The notes below the pieces were generated by a model that did no database searches, had not been told where the DNA came from, and worked only from the letters and a program-made list of their open reading frames with translations. The translations under genes and the position numbers were made by a program. From NCBI GenBank assembly GCA_965197475.1, contig CBDANF010000003.1:2624001-2688000 (forward strand): a stretch of DNA of 64,000 nucleotides, given 5' to 3'. The first letter of the stretch is position 1. Every line of letters starts with the position of its first letter. The stretch comes from Candidatus Poribacteria bacterium. Lineage in GTDB: Bacteria; Poribacteria; WGA-4E; WGA-3G. This document shows, piece after piece, positions 59,702 to 64,000 of this stretch.

Positions 59702-60469
59702 ATGCTAGTACTTTATTTGGCAATTTCATCTGTAACCGTGCTGCTTGGTGCAGGATTAGCAATTGTTTTTCGTGATAAACAGACTGAATTCCGATTAATT
59801 TTCGGTTTTACAGCCGGTGCAGTGTTCGGCTTTGTCTTAATGCTAATGGTCCATCTTGTGTGGGAAGAAAGCGACCTAATGAAGGTTAATTACCTCATGA
59901 TTTTGGTGATGTGGGTAGGCTTTCTGTTGATTTGGATGTTGGAGAATCTTACACATCGGATTCGTGAACGTTTTGGTAATCAGACAGAAGTACATAAGAA
60001 AAATGTATGGGGAGTCAATTTAACACTTATCGGTTTATCAATTCATGCAATTGTGGATGGTTTCAATCTCAGTACTGCGGCGAAAGATCCTACAGATGGC
60101 ATCGTACTTGCTCTTGGAGTACTACTTCATCGTTTGCCGGTAGCGACAGTTATAACTACAGTCTTACGTCACAATTACGGGGTTATACGGACACTGTTGC
60201 ATCTCATTCCGCTCATAATGGCTCCGTTTGTAGGGGCATTCATGGGGGAAAGTTTACAACAAGGTGTTTTTATGGAGTTGACAGAGTATCTAACAGCTTT
60301 TGCAGTAGGGACATTATTACATGTTGTGATGGACGGTTTACGAGGGGGTTGTGTGCCATCAGAAGAAAAGATTAGTTCTTCAACCAAAATAGCATTTGTT
60401 ATTGGGTTGATTTTAACTTTATGTGCTATGTTTTTTATTCCTGGGTTAGAGCATGAGCATGTACATTAA
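59702..60469 (+). CDS. ZIP-family divalent metal (Zn) transporter-like protein
   Basis: About 8 TM helices; GLSIHAIVDG and LLHRLP metal-site motifs; His-rich C-terminus HEHVH. Confidence 0.8.
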   Translation: MLVLYLAISSVTVLLGAGLAIVFRDKQTEFRLIFGFTAGAVFGFVLMLMVHLVWEESDLMKVNYLMILVMWVGFLLIWMLENLTHRIRERFGNQTEVHKKNVWGVNLTLIGLSIHAIVDGFNLSTAAKDPTDGIVLALGVLLHRLPVATVITTVLRHNYGVIRTLLHLIPLIMAPFVGAFMGESLQQGVFMELTEYLTAFAVGTLLHVVMDGLRGGCVPSEEKISSSTKIAFVIGLILTLCAMFFIPGLEHEHVH

Positions 60470-62978
60470 AACTTCAGCAATACGACCTGAGATAAACGTA
60501 TATCCTATTTTGCAGACGGTTTTCTGTTTTCTAATATTAGCACTGCAGGTGGATGCAGCAGAGATTCCGATTGTTGTATCGGGTGAACCCAAGGCAACCG
60601 TGCAAATTGGTGCTAATGTTTCAACGCAAGAGCAATTTGCTGCATCCGAAATCCAGAACTTTATTGAAACATTCACTGGTACTCAGCTTGAACTGCGTAC
60701 CAATCAACAGTCTACAACAACGCAGACGGTTATAGTTTTAGGTACACCTATCACAAATCCAACGATTCGAACACTTCAGGAGAAGGTTGGTTTTGAATTG
60801 CCAGAAGAAATTGGCGAGGAAGGTTATCAGATTAAATCCGTTGACCTTGGGACAGAAATCGTTATCGTCGTGGCTGCCCACACATCACGCGGTGTAATTT
60901 ACGGCGCGTATGCCTTTATTGAGGCATGCATCACCGCTTTGACAGGACTCAAACCTGTCCATCCAGAAATAGCAGTCGCACGTTTGCCTACACTGCGCGT
61001 GCCCTTTCTGGACGAAACATCCCGCCCATTTTACCCGATTCGAGCAGTGTTAGAAATAGATGATCCAGATTGGCTCGCAAGACAACGTGTGAATATGAGT
61101 GGTGGTGAAGGTGTTTGGACCGGAACCGGAATTGAAGACGGATTTGGCACCGCTTTCAAATATGTGGATACATCCGCTTTTTCTGCGTTACAAGATGAGC
61201 CGCGTGCACAACGATTAGAAAGGATTCAAACGCTCAAAGACCGTTTTACTGCTTTAAATAACCGTGGTATTGATGCCTATCTTTTTATGTATGTGACCGG
61301 TGAACCTACAGAGGCACTTATTAAAGCACGTCCAGATATATTGGGACCAGAGGTATTGTACGGGGCATCCAGGAATGAGGTTTCTTATCGACCGTTTTGC
61401 TGGTCAAAACCCGAATTCCACACGCTCGCACGGCAATTGACACAGGAAATTGTGAAAACCTACCCTGCTCTCGCTGGATTTCACCTACGATCTTGGGGAC
61501 ACGAGACGCGGGCGTGCAATTGCCCTGAATGTGGTGACCGCTCCCCAGAAGGGCAAGCGAAACTATGGGAGGTATATTTCACGATTATCAAAGCAGCGCG
61601 GGAAGTACGTCCGGATTTTAAGTTTTATATTTCGGGATATGATAGGAGTTGGCTGCAAGACCCAGATGGCGACTATGCACGCCAATTACCAAAAGGTACT
61701 ATTTTTTCACAGAAGTGGGGAGCAGACGGGGAACCGGTCATTGATCCAAATATCCCTATTTCACAAATGAATGCGCTCGGAGAGATGGGACACCGATTCA
61801 TTGTGCTTTCACATGATGTTGAAGAGGTAATGCCATTCTGGATGCTTGAAAGCGATCTGTTTGTACAAGGTGTACGCCAACTTGCCAACTCACCTGAAGT
61901 TATTGGGTTAAGCGGATTCACTGTGCAAGGCGCAGCGCAAGGCTTAGGATATCTTGACCGACTCGTGAGTGCTCGTATTAATTGGGATATCCAACTTGAT
62001 CATATCCAACTATTTCGAAATGAATTAGTGGCTCGCTATGGAAACACAAAAGCAGCAGAGTTGATTCTAAGTGCCCTACGTATCAATGAATGGACATTGG
62101 CGAGCTATTTTTCCGATTATGCAAGTTCCATCTCCATAGGTGGCAGCTACGGCAGTGGGTCAGCTGGTTTAGCAACACGGTTTTGGAACCTGATTGGTAG
62201 CAAAGCTGTGGAAAATACGCTGGCAATTCCAGAATTAAAAATCGCACAGACTGCTGTCCAACGATTCACAAATCTTCTGGCACCGCAGCTACGAGCAGCG
62301 AATGAGATGCAAGAAGCATACGAAATCGCGGAACCGGTAGACCTTGAAGCATCACAAGATTTGCGCGATGCAATGCACTTAATGAGGTTGTGGGTTTTGC
62401 TGTTTCAGAGTCGCGAAAAACTGGTGGAAGCTATTGCACTCGGCTATGAAGTTAACACTGGTAGTGCTATTAATGCTAAACTTGCTAGTGCAGCGGAGTT
62501 CTCAAGATCAATACAACCTTTGATAAAGCAGTTTGAAGAATTTGGTCCTCTTTTTGGTTATTCGCATCAGACGAATGAGGTAGAATTGTTGAATACCTTA
62601 AAAGAAGAGGTTGCATGGCTATCAAGTTTCGACTATCGGTTGCTCCAAAAACATGACGAAAGTTTTTCACCCGATGAAACCGCCTTTCGTATCTGTGAAG
62701 TCTACAACTATCCGAATCCACTTAAGCGCAAAACGACATTTACCTATCTGTTGACACTTGATGCAGATGAGGTGAAGATAAACATTTATACTGCATCAGG
62801 ACGGCGTATCCGTGTATTGAAGGATGTTTCCGCGAAAGAGGGGTATAACGAGGTGACGTGGAACGCTCTTGACGCTGAAGGGACACCGCTTGCAAATGGG
62901 GTTTATTTTTACAAAATTCGTGCTGTCCTCGGAGATAAAAACGTTGAAAGCATCCACCGAATGGCTGTGATAAGGTAG
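60453..62978 (+). CDS. Secreted glycoside hydrolase-like protein with C-terminal FlgD-Ig/T9SS-like domain
   Basis: N-terminal AASE.Q..I...TG and EEGY.I...RGV.YG (GH20/GH67 N-domain-like); CxCxxC; NYPNP...W.A.D..G..LANGVYFY. Start uncertain. Confidence 0.65.
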   Translation: MSMYIKTSAIRPEINVYPILQTVFCFLILALQVDAAEIPIVVSGEPKATVQIGANVSTQEQFAASEIQNFIETFTGTQLELRTNQQSTTTQTVIVLGTPITNPTIRTLQEKVGFELPEEIGEEGYQIKSVDLGTEIVIVVAAHTSRGVIYGAYAFIEACITALTGLKPVHPEIAVARLPTLRVPFLDETSRPFYPIRAVLEIDDPDWLARQRVNMSGGEGVWTGTGIEDGFGTAFKYVDTSAFSALQDEPRAQRLERIQTLKDRFTALNNRGIDAYLFMYVTGEPTEALIKARPDILGPEVLYGASRNEVSYRPFCWSKPEFHTLARQLTQEIVKTYPALAGFHLRSWGHETRACNCPECGDRSPEGQAKLWEVYFTIIKAAREVRPDFKFYISGYDRSWLQDPDGDYARQLPKGTIFSQKWGADGEPVIDPNIPISQMNALGEMGHRFIVLSHDVEEVMPFWMLESDLFVQGVRQLANSPEVIGLSGFTVQGAAQGLGYLDRLVSARINWDIQLDHIQLFRNELVARYGNTKAAELILSALRINEWTLASYFSDYASSISIGGSYGSGSAGLATRFWNLIGSKAVENTLAIPELKIAQTAVQRFTNLLAPQLRAANEMQEAYEIAEPVDLEASQDLRDAMHLMRLWVLLFQSREKLVEAIALGYEVNTGSAINAKLASAAEFSRSIQPLIKQFEEFGPLFGYSHQTNEVELLNTLKEEVAWLSSFDYRLLQKHDESFSPDETAFRICEVYNYPNPLKRKTTFTYLLTLDADEVKINIYTASGRRIRVLKDVSAKEGYNEVTWNALDAEGTPLANGVYFYKIRAVLGDKNVESIHRMAVIR

Positions 62979-62994
62979 TGCCTTCATAAAATTC

Positions 62995-63158
62995 GTAGGT
63001 CGGGTAGCATAGAATTCGTAGGTCGGGTAGAGCGCAGCGAAACCCTTATGTGTCAATTTGGTGTATAATACCAAATTAACGCGATTTGTAGCGCGAGGTC
63101 CCCGTGCCTTGCAATGCTAACTGCTACGTAGAAAACTAATAATCAAGTTAATTTGGTA
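62995..63158. repeat. GTAG REP copies and a short IR-bounded element
   Basis: gtaggtcgggtag at 62995 and 63018; taccaaattaac (63069-63080) / gttaatttggta (63147-63158) enclosing gtagcgcgaggtccccgtgcc. Confidence 0.75.
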
Positions 63159-63181
63159 TAAGTTAGATTACGTAAGTTTTG

Positions 63182-63338
63182 TCTGAACCAGGATTTTCAG
63201 GATTTCCAGATTTTCAGGATTAGCAACTTCTCATCTATATGTTTTTCTCAAGATAGACAGCAATGTTCATCCGCCCCCAAAACATTTATAGCCTAAACAA
63301 TCCTGGTAATCCGATAATCCTGAAAATCCTGGTTCAGA
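63182..63338. mobile_element. MITE-like element with perfect 23-bp terminal inverted repeats
   Basis: tctgaaccaggattttcaggatt ... aatcctgaaaatcctggttcaga, with 9-bp periodic subrepeats. Confidence 0.8.
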
Positions 63339-63398
63339 AAACATTACGCCTAACTCACAAAAAACACATTCATTTCCTTAAATTGATACCTACGGGTT

Positions 63399-64000
63399 TC
63401 ACTTACGCTTTACCCAACCTACGAACTCACTTGCTTTCGTCTCTGGAAGCGCATAGACTCCCCGCCGCACCCGGACGATCTCGCCTTCATCTAAAAGTTG
63501 TTTGAGCTGATTTCCTATCGCCTGAGGACTACTATCAATCGCTGCGACGAGTGATGATGTTGTTTTCTCTCGACCAGAGGCAAGAAGAAAGAGGATCTGC
63601 TCTCGGAAAGTAACGCGAGGAATGTTACCACCCCGCAGCTCCTGCAACACACGGTTCGCTTGCCTTGAGGAGCATCCTAACACACGTTCCACTTCTTCCC
63701 TGCTGGATTCAGCAGTTAGGTTAGCCCGTTCCGCTTCAAAACGTTCACGTGTGCGGACGGTTTCCTCAAGTTTATGTAACCCACCAGCGATCTCAAAGTC
63801 TTCCCAGTCAAAAAGAAGTGTTTCCGGTCTATCAGTGATGTCCGGCAGTTCAATGTTGTTGAGCAGCATTACCGTTTTACCTTTCCTACGGTTCAGTCCA
63901 AAGTATCCGACAATCTGTGTGAGTAACCCCGCGATATTTTGATCATATACCCTTTGTATGCGTTCATCTATAAAGTAATCAGTCCACATTTCTTGAGACA
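63399..64000 (-). CDS. C-terminal part of a protein with HTH + winged-HTH domains (5' end outside the window)
   Basis: Frame is open to the window edge; REEVERVLGCSSRQANRVL (HTH); QLKQLLDEGEIVRVRRGVY (wHTH). The stop codon lies inside a REP at 63391-63422. Confidence 0.7.
   Translation of the reverse strand, partial: SQEMWTDYFIDERIQRVYDQNIAGLLTQIVGYFGLNRRKGKTVMLLNNIELPDITDRPETLLFDWEDFEIAGGLHKLEETVRTRERFEAERANLTAESSREEVERVLGCSSRQANRVLQELRGGNIPRVTFREQILFLLASGREKTTSSLVAAIDSSPQAIGNQLKQLLDEGEIVRVRRGVYALPETKASEFVGWVKRK

Overview
Bacterial chromosomal window of about 40 genes. The gene content (many PhyH, Gfo/Idh/MocA and enolase genes; secreted proteins with cohesin- and dockerin-like domains and a 'YPNP...WDG...SGVYFY' C-terminus; dense intergenic palindromes) resembles Candidatus Poribacteria, but this is inference only. 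Housekeeping and catabolic genes (pckG, apt, NCS2 permease, mtnA, ALS, DppA-like binding proteins, TonB receptors) are mixed with accessory loci. Main points of interest: (1) a 5'-truncated long prokaryotic Argonaute with an apparently intact DEDD tetrad; (2) a secreted WD40 protein whose 13 near-identical 126-bp repeats vary almost only at five codons, with a small allele set reshuffled between repeats; (3) a cold-shock domain fused to two Hfq/Sm-like domains; (4) an ABC-ATPase plus PD-(D/E)xK-like gene pair, a candidate defence system; (5) several MITE-like inverted-repeat wrappers carrying different REP-like cargo, one with a perfect 8-bp target-site duplication; (6) gene relics and a frameshifted dockerin-DppA fusion. 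I saw no rRNA, tRNA, CRISPR array, transposase, integrase or reverse transcriptase. All assignments come from motif recognition by eye.
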